Shown here: piece after piece, positions 8,978-19,543 of the stretch
Numbering within the stretch: the stretch's first letter is position 1
Layout of the letters: each line of letters opens with the position of its first letter
IMG/VR virus record: IMGVR_UViG_3300049925_000049
Coordinates: 1 to 46,115 of that record
Length of the DNA: 46,115 bases
Reading direction: 5' to 3' (one strand)
Source: a virus
Lineage: Duplodnaviria; Caudoviricetes
The notes under the pieces: model-generated
What the model saw: the letters and a program-made list of their open reading frames with translations, nothing else
Database searches by the model: none
What the model was told of the DNA's origin: nothing
Program-made: the position numbers and the translations under genes

Positions 8978-9958
8978 ATGGCTGTTTATGACCCAAGAGG
9001 AACTACCCCGGTCCATATGGACCAGATCCTCACGAATGTTTCGGTGCAGATTCCGAATGGCGCTTTTCTCGGTTCGGCGTTCCTGCCCGCCGTGAATGTG
9101 CGCAAGCAGTCCGACAAGTACTACGTGTACGGTCGCGAGAGTTGGGCGGTCCCTGTGGGCGTCGATCTTCGTGCACCAGGCGCTGAGGCTCAGGAAGTCC
9201 CTGGCCTTAATATGTCGACTGATTCGTACTTCGCACAGGAACATGCTTTGCAGATTCCCGTCACGAATGAGGAAATTGAAAACGCTGATTCGCCTTTGTC
9301 GCCCTTAATGGACGGTACTGAGTTAATCACCAATCAGTTAATGCTCATTCGCGAATTGGCTATTAAGAACATGCTGACGACGTCTGGTAACTATGCTAGC
9401 GGCCACAGCACGACTTTATCGGGCACTTCGCAGTGGAATGATTACACTAACTCGACTCCTATCTATGACGTGAAGACCGCCCGCACAACTGTGCACGGTA
9501 AGATTTTCATGGATCCGAATCTCATGTGCATTCCGTACGAAGTGATGACCACTCTGGAGAATCACCCGCAGATTATTGACCGCATTAAGTATTCGGAGCG
9601 AGGCATTCTTACTCCGGAAATTATTTCGGCCTTCTTCGGTGGCGTGCAGATCCTCGTGCCTGGCGCTGGCTATAATAGTGCTAACCCTGCTCAGACGGCC
9701 GCTCTCGGCTACATCTGGGGTAAGGATGTCTTTACCGCTTATGTGCCGGCTTCGCCCGGTCTTAAGACTCCGGCTTTCGGTTACGAGTTTGTCTGGAGCT
9801 ACCCGAGTGGTGGTCCTATGGTGACTGAGCGTTGGACTGAGATTGCACGTAAGAGTGAAATCGTCCGCGTGAGCCGTCGTTACGATCTGAAGTTCGTGGC
9901 TAAGGACACCTCGGACAAGGCAGTGGCTGGTTATATCATTAAGGCCGCAGTGGCCTGA
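8978..9958 (+). CDS. Major capsid protein (HK97 fold)
   Basis: DQILTNVS, LRAPG, QWNDYTNSTP, IWGKD, PAFGY motifs; position in head module. Confidence 0.9.
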   Translation: MAVYDPRGTTPVHMDQILTNVSVQIPNGAFLGSAFLPAVNVRKQSDKYYVYGRESWAVPVGVDLRAPGAEAQEVPGLNMSTDSYFAQEHALQIPVTNEEIENADSPLSPLMDGTELITNQLMLIRELAIKNMLTTSGNYASGHSTTLSGTSQWNDYTNSTPIYDVKTARTTVHGKIFMDPNLMCIPYEVMTTLENHPQIIDRIKYSERGILTPEIISAFFGGVQILVPGAGYNSANPAQTAALGYIWGKDVFTAYVPASPGLKTPAFGYEFVWSYPSGGPMVTERWTEIARKSEIVRVSRRYDLKFVAKDTSDKAVAGYIIKAAVA

Positions 9959-9971
9959 TTAGGAGATACAA

Positions 9972-10208
9972 ATGTCTTACGCACTCACTAATATTAAGCA
10001 CGATGGTGAAACTATCGCAGCTGGTACTAAGATTACCGATCAGCTTCCGGAAGAGGTTATTGCAACCTTAACTGAAGTTGGTGCTATCGGGGAGGCCCCA
10101 ATCCTTGATGCGCCTAGTGCTTCTGCTCTTATCGCTGAACGCGATGCAGAGATTGCAGAATTAAAGGCTCAGCTTGGTGAGGCTGACGACGACGCTGAGG
10201 ATGAATGA
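9972..10208 (+). CDS. Small head-associated protein
   Basis: 78 aa acidic with C-terminal coiled coil; AGGAG SD; follows major capsid. Confidence 0.6.
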   Translation: MSYALTNIKHDGETIAAGTKITDQLPEEVIATLTEVGAIGEAPILDAPSASALIAERDAEIAELKAQLGEADDDAEDE

Positions 10209-10645
10209 TGTCTTGGCTCGATGAATCAGATGTGCAGACTTGGCTCGAAGGAACTAAGTTGCCAGTTGAATACATCGAGCCAGGCATCGAAACTCAGTGT
10301 AAAGATCGGATCTTCGGAGTATTAGCTGCCCGATATAATACCGCCGTTTGGACTTCAAGAACCTCTTCCCCTGCTCTTGTAGTGCAACTCGTAGCCATGA
10401 GTTATGCAGCAGTATTATATCGGCGGCAATACTCCGAAGATCTAGATACCACACCCGCGTGGCCCCAATGGTTAGAATCGAGTGTTACTAATTCTCTTTC
10501 GAGTATTATGTCAGGCGATATGGACCTATTGGATTCAGCCGCTAAAGATAATGAAATTAATAATCCGCAGCATCCAGTCTTTTATCCGACAGATGCATCT
10601 GATTTAGATGACCCACGAGCCTTCACTATGGGGAAGGTTTTTTAA
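10205..10645 (+). CDS. Head-tail adaptor (Mu gp36-like)
   Basis: Size, position, LAARY…SPALV…LYRRQ pattern. Confidence 0.65.
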   Translation: MMSWLDESDVQTWLEGTKLPVEYIEPGIETQCKDRIFGVLAARYNTAVWTSRTSSPALVVQLVAMSYAAVLYRRQYSEDLDTTPAWPQWLESSVTNSLSSIMSGDMDLLDSAAKDNEINNPQHPVFYPTDASDLDDPRAFTMGKVF

Positions 10646-11283
10646 TGCCTAAGCTGTTTGGAAATACTGTCCTAAGCGGTAATCTCTTAGGAGCTAGCCA
10701 AGCTGCTGGTATGGGTTTTTCTGTTACTACAGATCCTTCGCCTGTCTTATTAGTTGAACAATTTAATAAGCTAGGATTAGACATTAGGTCTTTTAGAGAG
10801 CCGCTGCATGCAGCTGTTAAAGAAGTTATTGCGCCTTCTCTAGTTAAGAACTTTACTGTCGGTGGACGTCCTAAGTGGCGTCCTTTAGCTTTGGTAACTA
10901 TTGCAGCCAAGGCTCGACAAGAAGGACTGCCTCGCGTATTAGCACAGCAGCCTCTTATTCGCACAGGCCTTCTTAAGAAGCGTGCTGGACAAATTAATCT
11001 TTGGAATATTAATGGTATTGAAGGGTATGCTACTCTTCAATTACAGTCTGATGTACAGTATGGCAATATTCATCAGAGTGGCGCAGGCTCAGAAAATATT
11101 TTACATATTAAGGCAACTAATCGTTGGACTGGCCGAGAATACATGAAAGAGCAGAATGATACGCCAGGCTGGGTGCCTCAGCGTATCTGGGCAATTATCC
11201 AGCCTGAAGATATGAAGAAGATTGAAAAAGTTTTTGAACGTTGGCTTAAGCAAAGATTTATGGCTGCAGGATTTAGGCCATGA
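10645..11283 (+). CDS. Virion morphogenesis/tail completion protein (Mu gpG-like)
   Basis: NF…GGRPKWRPLA…T, PLIRTGLL, YGNIHQSG, VPQR motifs. Confidence 0.75.
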   Translation: MPKLFGNTVLSGNLLGASQAAGMGFSVTTDPSPVLLVEQFNKLGLDIRSFREPLHAAVKEVIAPSLVKNFTVGGRPKWRPLALVTIAAKARQEGLPRVLAQQPLIRTGLLKKRAGQINLWNINGIEGYATLQLQSDVQYGNIHQSGAGSENILHIKATNRWTGREYMKEQNDTPGWVPQRIWAIIQPEDMKKIEKVFERWLKQRFMAAGFRP

Positions 11284-11720
11284 CTGATTCTACTAATGCC
11301 ATTGTACAGTATGTCTTAATGCGCCTTAGATCGGCTGCTGAAGGTTTAGGCTTACAAGGAGTATGGCTGGGCGATCAGAATTTAATGCCTACTACGCCTA
11401 ACGCTTGTGTTATTCCTGGCCCGACTAATATTGAATTAGCCGGAGCGAATCGTTACTCACAATGGACTTTTGAAGTATTCGTTTTAGTCTATCATGGTAA
11501 GATTCAAGAGACGCAACAAGCTGAAGAAGAATGTATGCAGTTAGCAGAAGCGCTTACACTCTTTTTGAATAAGCTTATTTCGTGCAAAGGTCTTTTAGTA
11601 CATAGTATGGTGACCGCTATCGAGCCAGGCTATTCTGAAAGAAATAATGCCATGTATCGAACATCTAGAATTACCTTACAAGGGTATTCACGGATCACTC
11701 TGCCTTTGGAGGAAGAGTAA
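11280..11720 (+). CDS. Tail terminator
   Basis: 146 aa, located before the tail tube, typical alpha/beta pattern. Confidence 0.6.
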   Translation: MTDSTNAIVQYVLMRLRSAAEGLGLQGVWLGDQNLMPTTPNACVIPGPTNIELAGANRYSQWTFEVFVLVYHGKIQETQQAEEECMQLAEALTLFLNKLISCKGLLVHSMVTAIEPGYSERNNAMYRTSRITLQGYSRITLPLEEE

Positions 11721-11902
11721 TGGGTAAATCAAAGCTAGTCGATCTGTTGGTACCCTATATGCCAGCAGATCTTATCGTTGAAGTGGCAGGCGAAGGTGCT
11801 TGCTATAACGACGGTAGTCCTTTAACGGCTGAGGCCGTTACCGCACCCGTCCAGGAAGTCGCTCCGCCGGCTCCTGTGGAAGTTACAATGGAGGTTAACT
11901 AA
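11720..11902 (+). CDS. Hypothetical protein
   Basis: TAATG-coupled at both ends. Confidence 0.6.
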   Translation: MGKSKLVDLLVPYMPADLIVEVAGEGACYNDGSPLTAEAVTAPVQEVAPPAPVEVTMEVN

Positions 11903-12858
11903 TGTCTGGTTTAGGTACTCATGCATCCGGTTTTATCGGGATTGCTTTTGAAACTACCTATGGTACTTGGGTGACTCCTACTCGATTCTTCCCTATCAAG
12001 AGTGAATCGATGTCAGAGAGTCACGATAATCAGAAGCGTCGATTGATTCGAGGCTTGGCTGATAACTTAGGTCATGTTCTTGGCCCAAGCACTGTTGCAG
12101 GTGATATCACTTGTGAACTGTTAGAAGATGTCTTACCTTATTTCTTATACTGCAGTCGTAATACTGTTGTTAAGACTGGTACGGGTCCTTACGTGTATAC
12201 TACGACGCCTGCTCACTGGGGATCAGCTGATCAGTTGCCTACCGGTAAGAAGGGCTTGTCGATCACTGTTGTTAAGAATGGCGAAGTGTTTGGCTTCAGT
12301 GGTTGCGTACTCAGTGCCTTAGAAGTGAACGTTGATAATAACATTCCTTATATGAAGCTAAGCGTAGTGGGCAAGCAAGAAGCTTCACAAACCTTACCTA
12401 CTTATACGGCAGTATCGACTGATATTCCTTATAACGCTTCGCAGTATTCAATTGAAATTCCTACGACGACTCAGGTGTTCGATATTACGAACTTTACCTT
12501 TACGGTTAACGATAATGCAGAGACGCAATTTCGTTTGGCCAATACTTTGACTCCGCAGTGGGTTAAGTTAGGCGCTCGTGAAGTCACCTTAAACGTTGAG
12601 CGCGACTTTTCGGCACGTACTGAGTGGGATTCATTTAAGGCTTTAACTGCACAATCGGTTTCAGTTAAGTGCACTAAGAGCGCTAGCGCTAGTGTAGCTA
12701 TTAAGTTGCCTAACGCTGTTCGTGATACCCATGATATTGACGGTCTGTCGGATCAAGGTGCTGCCACGATGCAACAGATCACCTGGATGGGTGATTACGA
12801 TACTACGACGTCAAAGTCGTATGAAGTTATCGTAACCTGCAATACCAATATTCCCTAA
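11902..12858 (+). CDS. Major tail tube protein
   Basis: GIAFETTYGT…PTRFFP, FSGC motifs; precedes the chaperones and tape measure. Confidence 0.85.
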   Translation: MSGLGTHASGFIGIAFETTYGTWVTPTRFFPIKSESMSESHDNQKRRLIRGLADNLGHVLGPSTVAGDITCELLEDVLPYFLYCSRNTVVKTGTGPYVYTTTPAHWGSADQLPTGKKGLSITVVKNGEVFGFSGCVLSALEVNVDNNIPYMKLSVVGKQEASQTLPTYTAVSTDIPYNASQYSIEIPTTTQVFDITNFTFTVNDNAETQFRLANTLTPQWVKLGAREVTLNVERDFSARTEWDSFKALTAQSVSVKCTKSASASVAIKLPNAVRDTHDIDGLSDQGAATMQQITWMGDYDTTTSKSYEVIVTCNTNIP

Positions 12859-12874
12859 TTGAAAGGATAGTTAG

Positions 12875-13246
12875 ATGCCCCGAGCTACTAACAATATCGA
12901 TGATACTAATCGTCTTCAGCTTAAGACATGTGCAGGAGGCTTTGTCGTTTTGCGCCGACTGACTTATGGTCAGTATCTTAAGCGTCAAGGTATGGCTATG
13001 GAAATGCAGATGGCTACTAATTCAGCCACTAAGCAAAGCACCATGGACATTCAAATGGCTCAGACAAAGGTCGCAGAGTTTGACTTTGCGAATTGCATTG
13101 TTGAGCATAACTTAGAAGATGATAACGGTAACTTACTTGACTTTAAGGCAGCTTTCACTTTGCAGCTTTTAGATCCGCGCGTTGGTCAAGAGATCGGCGA
13201 CGCGATCGATGCAATGAACAATTTTGAAGGTGACTTGGGAAACTAA
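12875..13246 (+). CDS. Tail assembly chaperone (gpG-like)
   Basis: Between tube and tape measure; ends in slippery G GGA AAC TAA. Confidence 0.85.
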   Translation: MPRATNNIDDTNRLQLKTCAGGFVVLRRLTYGQYLKRQGMAMEMQMATNSATKQSTMDIQMAQTKVAEFDFANCIVEHNLEDDNGNLLDFKAAFTLQLLDPRVGQEIGDAIDAMNNFEGDLGN

Positions 13247-13473
13247 GATCCGCCATCGAGCGGGTAGTCCTCGGAGGAAAGGTATCTGAGGACTACCGCT
13301 CGCAGGCGGAGATTTTTGTTAATCTAGCAGGCATGAGTGAGTTACTTGGAGTCTTACCTCGAGCAGGAGGACTACTTGATCAAGACTCTTATACATTGTT
13401 CGGATTGCAATTCGCTTTAGTCGCTCGTGCAGAGAAGGCTAAAAGGGATTCTGAAAGAGAAAGCAAAAAATAA
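13237..13473 (+). CDS. -1 frameshift extension of the tail chaperone (gpGT-like)
   Basis: GGGAAAC at 13237-13243; -1 frame open (KLRSAIERVV…LPRAGGLLDQD…ESKK) to a TAA overlapping the tape measure ATG. Confidence 0.85.
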   Translation, partial: GKLRSAIERVVLGGKVSEDYRSQAEIFVNLAGMSELLGVLPRAGGLLDQDSYTLFGLQFALVARAEKAKRDSERESKK

Positions 13474-16400
13474 TGCCTTTCGGAACTCGTGACGTATTAC
13501 TAGTTATCCGTGCAAGAGATCAGGCATCACGTATCGTTCGAGACGTTGGCCGATCTTTTGGCGGTATTACAACTGCATCACAGCAAGCTGGCATTTCTAT
13601 GATGGCTATGGGTGGGGCTTTAATGGGCCTTGGTACCATGATTGCTGGTGTAGGTTTAAAAGGCCTTTCTGTTGCTAAAGGCTGGATTAACACTTCAATG
13701 GAGTTTAATAAGCAGGCAGCGCTTACTCTAACTCAAGTTGATCAGACAGGCGTAAAGCTTGAAGATATTAAAAAGATTTCAAAAGATGTAGCTAACGCAA
13801 TTCCAGTTCCTTTTGAAAGCTTACAAAGTGCTCTCTTTGACATCTTCTCTTCGATGAATGTTAACTTAACTGGAGCTAAGACGATTTTAGAGGCGTTCAG
13901 CAAGGGCGCTGTAGCTGGCGGCGTTGATGTACAAACAGCTGGCCGAGCTACTATTGCTATTCTTAACGCCTGGGGTTTAAGTGCGTCTGATGTAGGCCAT
14001 GTAATGGATGTGCAGTTCCAATTAGTGCGTAAGGGTGTAGGCACTTACGAGGAATTCGCTAAAAGTATTGGCAAGGCTATTCCGTCAGCTAGACGTGCTG
14101 GACAGAGTGTCGAAAGCTTATCTGCGGTATTAGCATTCCTAACTCGTAATGGTCTCTCAACTGCGATGGCTGCTACAAGTGCTGCAAGAGCTTTCGACAA
14201 CTTAGCTAATCCTAAAGTTCAAGCTAATCTTAAGAAGATGAATATTACTCTTGTAGATGGTAAGGGTAAATTCAAGCAGATGTCGGATATTGTCCAAGAG
14301 CTCGGCCTTAAGATGAAGGGGCTTACCGATCCGGAAAGAGCTAAGGTATTAGACAGTATCTTCAAGGGTGCCGGTAATAATATTCAAGCCAGACGATTCT
14401 GGGACTTGGCTATTCGTAACTTTGATCAATTAAGCCAGCGACAGAAAGAAATGATTAATTCTTCTGGCGCTATGCAAAATGCTTATGACATTATGTTCAA
14501 TCAGCCTGTCAGTCAAGTACAGCTGCTGAAGAATAATTTGACTAGCCTTAAGACAGAATTAGGCGACGCGTTAGCTCCTGCCTTTAATAAAATCGTCGGT
14601 AAAATTAGTGAGTGGGTACATTGGCTAAATAATCTTTCGCCTAAGACAAAAGATATGATTGCCAAAGCGTTTGCTTTTACTAGTGCCCTTTTAGCTGCCT
14701 CAGGTGCCTTAATTGCTTTACGCGGATCGTTCATGCTCATTCACGGAGCCTTTAAAGTATTTGGCGGCCTTAAAACTATTATCAGCCTCTTTGCTACCTT
14801 CGGCTGGTGGATCCTTGCTATCGCAGCAGCTGCATTACTTATCTATGCCAACTGGGATAGAATTAAAGCTTGGTGGAAAAACTTTTGGCCTGAGTTTAAG
14901 CAAGTGGCTCAAAAGGCTTTACAATGGATCGAAGATAAGTGGAAAGAGATTTGGCCAGTTCTTTATAGGACTGCTCGACAAGTATGGGACTGGATTGCTA
15001 AAGAATGGAAGGCTCTTTGGCCTGGCATTAAGTCCGCCTTTATGACCGTGTGGGAATGGCTTAAGGCTGAATGGACTACTTACTGGCCGATCCTTCGTGA
15101 CACAGCAGTTACAGTATTCAATACTTTACGCAGTGCTTGGGAGACTATGTGGCCTATTATCAAGCGCGTTGTGGAAGCCGTATTCAACTGGATTGACGAG
15201 CACTGGCCACAAATCGTAGAAGCCTTTAAGACCGGCTGGAAGTGGATTAGCGACGCTTGGGTATCTGTCAAGGGCTTCGTAGATGAAGCTTGGCAAAAGA
15301 TTAAAGTATTCGCCGCATGGGTGCAAGATACCTTCTGGCCAGGTCTGAAGAAAGTCTTCTTGGCTATTAAGCAAGATGCTGGCCCTATCTTCTTTGGTAT
15401 TGTAACTATTGTGTCTAAGATCGTCCATTGGATCGTTGAGTACATGCAATGGCTCTGGCCGAAGATTAAGTGGGTGTTAGATAAGATCTGGGCTTACTGG
15501 AAGTTTATTTGGCCTACCTTAAGTAGAGTCATTAAGATTGTCTGGGATTGGATTGCTACTATCATTGCCGATGCGATTCATCTCTTACGAGGCATCATTG
15601 ATTTCCTCGTTGGCATCTTCACTATGAATTGGAGTAAGGTCTGGAAGGGCATTAAAGAAATCTTTGGTGCAGTCTTTGATGCTATCTTAGCCACTCTTAC
15701 AGGCGCTCTTGATCTTATCTGGGAAGCTCTTAAGCTTGCAGGCAAAGCTATCGTATGGGCCATTGGCGAACTTTGGGATGGCATCGTATGGGCTGGAAAG
15801 AAGATCTGGAACTTCTTTACAAGCATTCCAGAAACTATTAACAACCTAATTAAGGGCGCCTTAACGTGGCTCTGGAATACTGGCGTAGATATTATTACAG
15901 GCATGATCTCAGGCTTGTGGGAAGGTATCAAGGGTCTTGGTGACTTCTTCTTCAATCTGCCTAGTAAGATCTTAGAGTTCCTTAAGGACGCTTATAACTG
16001 GCTAACTTCAACTGGCGTTGATATTCTTGCAGGTATGGTCTCTGGCCTCTGGCAAGGACTGCAAAAGGTGTACCACTGGTTCTTGGATCTTCCAGGAGAT
16101 ATCCTTCACTGGATGTGGGATGCAGCAACTTGGCTATATGATGTAGGCAAGCGGATCATTGAAGGTCTTTGGCACGGTATGAAAGACTTCTGGAAGGATC
16201 ACGTTAAGGGTTGGCTGGAAGATGCTAAGAACATTATCATTGCTGTCTTTAAGCAAGGCCTGCATATTCAGTCGCCTAGTAAGGTTATGGCGACTATCGG
16301 ATCACAAACTATTCAAGGCCTTCAAGTAGGTATGAAGAAGGCTTTGCCTTTACTGAAGAAGCAATTAAATGTCACGTCTAATTTAATCGCTCAGCCAATG

Positions 16401-16622
16401 CCTGCAGCAACATCCACAGCGGCGCTTCCTGTGGGAGTTGGCGGAGCGAATACTAACACCTCACAAGTGAACTATACTGTAGCCCCAGGTGCGGTTCAGA
16501 TTACTTTCGGCAGCAGTGTTAAAGCAAGTGATGCAGATACAATCACTCAAGTTGTTAATGATGCCTTTAAGAAGCTCTTTACACAGCTTGACCAAGCCTC
16601 TTATAACCCGGTGATGCCATGA
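13473..16622 (+). CDS. Tape measure protein
   Basis: 1049 aa helical, TP901-type core, Trp-rich amphipathic repeats, LHIQSPSKVM motif. Confidence 0.95.
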   Translation: MPFGTRDVLLVIRARDQASRIVRDVGRSFGGITTASQQAGISMMAMGGALMGLGTMIAGVGLKGLSVAKGWINTSMEFNKQAALTLTQVDQTGVKLEDIKKISKDVANAIPVPFESLQSALFDIFSSMNVNLTGAKTILEAFSKGAVAGGVDVQTAGRATIAILNAWGLSASDVGHVMDVQFQLVRKGVGTYEEFAKSIGKAIPSARRAGQSVESLSAVLAFLTRNGLSTAMAATSAARAFDNLANPKVQANLKKMNITLVDGKGKFKQMSDIVQELGLKMKGLTDPERAKVLDSIFKGAGNNIQARRFWDLAIRNFDQLSQRQKEMINSSGAMQNAYDIMFNQPVSQVQLLKNNLTSLKTELGDALAPAFNKIVGKISEWVHWLNNLSPKTKDMIAKAFAFTSALLAASGALIALRGSFMLIHGAFKVFGGLKTIISLFATFGWWILAIAAAALLIYANWDRIKAWWKNFWPEFKQVAQKALQWIEDKWKEIWPVLYRTARQVWDWIAKEWKALWPGIKSAFMTVWEWLKAEWTTYWPILRDTAVTVFNTLRSAWETMWPIIKRVVEAVFNWIDEHWPQIVEAFKTGWKWISDAWVSVKGFVDEAWQKIKVFAAWVQDTFWPGLKKVFLAIKQDAGPIFFGIVTIVSKIVHWIVEYMQWLWPKIKWVLDKIWAYWKFIWPTLSRVIKIVWDWIATIIADAIHLLRGIIDFLVGIFTMNWSKVWKGIKEIFGAVFDAILATLTGALDLIWEALKLAGKAIVWAIGELWDGIVWAGKKIWNFFTSIPETINNLIKGALTWLWNTGVDIITGMISGLWEGIKGLGDFFFNLPSKILEFLKDAYNWLTSTGVDILAGMVSGLWQGLQKVYHWFLDLPGDILHWMWDAATWLYDVGKRIIEGLWHGMKDFWKDHVKGWLEDAKNIIIAVFKQGLHIQSPSKVMATIGSQTIQGLQVGMKKALPLLKKQLNVTSNLIAQPMPAATSTAALPVGVGGANTNTSQVNYTVAPGAVQITFGSSVKASDADTITQVVNDAFKKLFTQLDQASYNPVMP

Positions 16623-19543
16623 GTTCCAACACTTATACTGTACAATCTAATGCGACTATTACAGGCTGGGCCGCTCCTGCTGGTTGGTCTGTTACAGGAG
16701 CAGCAGGCGCTAACACTCTACTTGACAACTCAGATAGTACTTATATTACTTGCACTTGGGGCGCTACTAGAAATCAGTGGATCATTCAATTTACTGGTGG
16801 AACTATTCCAACTAGTACTTCAACTAATAGTAATGTATATTTACAGGGCATGCAAGTTGCGGTTAAAATTGGTGGCGCTCCTGTTGGTACAGTTATTCCT
16901 ATTGCTCTCTTAGATACAGTTACAGGTAATAACATGGTAGTGCAATATATCACTACCACTGCTACAGCTGCTACTTGGTACAATACTCAGATCTTTAGTG
17001 CTTACGGTTCTGCTTCAGCCACTAACTATTTATATCCAATCCAAAACTATACTCAAGTAAGGCCATTTACTAAAACTGATGGTAGTGTCTTTAACTTGGG
17101 TCTTTACTCGCCATACAACTCTCAAGCTTCAGGTACATATAATGTATACGAAGCTAGGATTTATATGACGTGGGCAGTAGTCAACGAAGCTACTTTGATG
17201 CCTTCATTAGATCCTAATTTTTATCCGCCAGCTTACGGTTATGCCATTCCGACTCAAATCGAAAACTATACCCTTTGGCAAGCAGGTCGAGCAAACTTTG
17301 CTGGTGTTTGGTCTAACAATTTACCTAGCGGTATTACATATAATAGTGGCTGGGTAACTGATAGACAAGTCCCTGACGCCTATCAAATGAAGATCTTTAA
17401 GATAAGTACTTTCTTAAACGGAAACTTTAACCCTGATACGACAGCTGCAGATATCTATGATTCAGGCATCGTGCCTTGTGTAGGCAGCTGGGATAAAGTT
17501 TTCGTTATGACTACTACAAAGTTAGAGAATGTAGGCACTGATGCGATTGTAGCGTTATACCGATTTGGTGATACGCCTAAGCACGCATTGCAAGATATGC
17601 TCTGGACTTCATGGATTATGAATTCAGATTATGCTACAACTTTAGCTAATGCAGGAGTCAATAACTTAGCTACTAACTATTCTGTAAGTACTTTTAGGCC
17701 TCCGGTAAAGCCTAAGTTAACAGCCACTGTTGATGTAGCTAATAACCGTACAACGCTTGTTGTTCAAGGTTACGATAATTTAATTACAGATCGTTGGTCT
17801 CAAGGAAGGTCTGCTCCAGTAACAAATAACTGGGCACTTGCTACAGGTTGCCTCTTAGGCGGCATTGATTCTAATAATAGCTATCCAACGACAGCAGCTC
17901 AAATGGCGCCAACTCAATGGCCGTCAGCTACAACAGTATTTACTAATACAAGCTCTGGTACAGCTACGGGCACAATGACGTTTCCGCGGTACAGTGTTAT
18001 GCCTGTTGTAGCTGGTACAACGTATGCTCATAGTGTTTGGGTTAAGGCTCCTGTAACCGGCCGATCAATGACGGTGACTATTACTTGGTATAATGCCGCC
18101 GGAACTTCTATCAGTACGGCTACTGAAACTTTAACTACTACAACTTCGTGGCAACAAGTATCAGGCACGCATACGGCTCCGGCGCTCGCTGTGGGAGCTA
18201 CGGTACAATATGCTTGGGCTAGCATGGCTGCTTCAGAGCAGACATACGTTACAGGTTGGGTATTTAGGCCTCACGACGCTACGTATGCGCCAGCTGTTGG
18301 CACTCAATGTTTGGGCGGTTATCATGGCGGTAACTGGTGTTGGATGTCTTATTGGAATCAGCAGGATACCAATGTTATTTTAACTGATCGTACTGGCGGT
18401 AAGATAACTGTAGTCAATAATATTATGGGTTCGGGTACTGCTCGTACAGGCAACTATCCCATTACAGTGACTGCTGTAGCAGCTATTACTACGCCTACTA
18501 CTACGGCCTTATCGTTCGACATTTATCATAGAACATTATCACTACTACCTAAGGCTCCTGCAGGAACTCCAGTTACTATTTCTGGCTGGGCTTGGGCTGC
18601 AAACTGGGGCGCGCCCATTGTTGGTGGCGGCATTGGTATTGAATTTTACGATAAGGATAATAACCTATTAGCCTCAGCTGCTGGACCTCCTACAACTATT
18701 TCAAATAGTGTAACGCCATCGGTCGGCTGGACACAATTGTCATGTTCGACTACGTTACCAGCCAAAGCTGCCTACTATAAAATTGTATGCTATTTGGGAA
18801 AGTTAGCTGTATCTGCTGGCGCTCCTATGTGGTTTGACGATTTTCAATTAACACCTACTACATCTGTACAGCCATATACAGAGAGTACACTTAGAACTGC
18901 AAGCGGATATAATATTGAATATACGCATCCCGGCTCTTGGTATGTTATTGAACGTAATGTTGGCGGACAAGGTTGGGTAGCCGTTAAGATTGGAGTGTTA
19001 AGCTTCTATGGGCAAACTGCTACGGACTATGATTATATTGTTCCTTACGGTGTATCTGTTCAGTATAGGGCTTTTGTATATGCCCCTCTACAGACGGAAA
19101 TGATTCAAGGACCGTATAGCGATATTCAAACTGTTACACAGTCGGCTTCAGCTGAGACAAGGTGGATGCTATGGGATCCTAGTCTTACCACAGGGCCCTT
19201 CCGATTTGATATGAACGCTGATGGCAACTTAAACATTAAGCGTCAATTTGACTCTGCTACATTTCAGCCTTTAGGCCGAGGTAAGGCTATTGTTATTGCT
19301 GACTCTTTACGTGGTAGACATTTTGATCTTCGGCCCATTGATTCTATTTCGTCAGCAGAACTTACAACTATTCAGACATGGATTGCTAATGCTACTCAAC
19401 TTTGGCTAGTACGTCCTTGGACAGGCGATTGGTGGGCAGTAAGATTAACTGGCGACATTAATTGGGATGAATTAAACACTAACCCTGTACGGTACTTATT
19501 TAATGTCAGTTGCGAGGAAATCGATGTTACCTCGGTCATCTAG
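16619..19543 (+). CDS. Minor tail protein: distal-tail-like C-terminus with inserted carbohydrate-binding-like domains
   Basis: Follows tape measure; two CBM-like units (VVAGTTYAHSVWVK…WYNAAGT; GTPVTISGW…EFYDKDN…WFDDFQL); Dit-like C-terminus. Confidence 0.7.
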   Translation: MSSNTYTVQSNATITGWAAPAGWSVTGAAGANTLLDNSDSTYITCTWGATRNQWIIQFTGGTIPTSTSTNSNVYLQGMQVAVKIGGAPVGTVIPIALLDTVTGNNMVVQYITTTATAATWYNTQIFSAYGSASATNYLYPIQNYTQVRPFTKTDGSVFNLGLYSPYNSQASGTYNVYEARIYMTWAVVNEATLMPSLDPNFYPPAYGYAIPTQIENYTLWQAGRANFAGVWSNNLPSGITYNSGWVTDRQVPDAYQMKIFKISTFLNGNFNPDTTAADIYDSGIVPCVGSWDKVFVMTTTKLENVGTDAIVALYRFGDTPKHALQDMLWTSWIMNSDYATTLANAGVNNLATNYSVSTFRPPVKPKLTATVDVANNRTTLVVQGYDNLITDRWSQGRSAPVTNNWALATGCLLGGIDSNNSYPTTAAQMAPTQWPSATTVFTNTSSGTATGTMTFPRYSVMPVVAGTTYAHSVWVKAPVTGRSMTVTITWYNAAGTSISTATETLTTTTSWQQVSGTHTAPALAVGATVQYAWASMAASEQTYVTGWVFRPHDATYAPAVGTQCLGGYHGGNWCWMSYWNQQDTNVILTDRTGGKITVVNNIMGSGTARTGNYPITVTAVAAITTPTTTALSFDIYHRTLSLLPKAPAGTPVTISGWAWAANWGAPIVGGGIGIEFYDKDNNLLASAAGPPTTISNSVTPSVGWTQLSCSTTLPAKAAYYKIVCYLGKLAVSAGAPMWFDDFQLTPTTSVQPYTESTLRTASGYNIEYTHPGSWYVIERNVGGQGWVAVKIGVLSFYGQTATDYDYIVPYGVSVQYRAFVYAPLQTEMIQGPYSDIQTVTQSASAETRWMLWDPSLTTGPFRFDMNADGNLNIKRQFDSATFQPLGRGKAIVIADSLRGRHFDLRPIDSISSAELTTIQTWIANATQLWLVRPWTGDWWAVRLTGDINWDELNTNPVRYLFNVSCEEIDVTSVI

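Noticed and set aside
829-18225. Many alternative-frame and antisense ORFs inside structural genes (e.g. 829..1275, 2827..3288, 6021..6530, 15578..15955)
   Set aside because: They fully overlap well-supported genes and lack SD sequences or recognisable motifs; shadow ORFs
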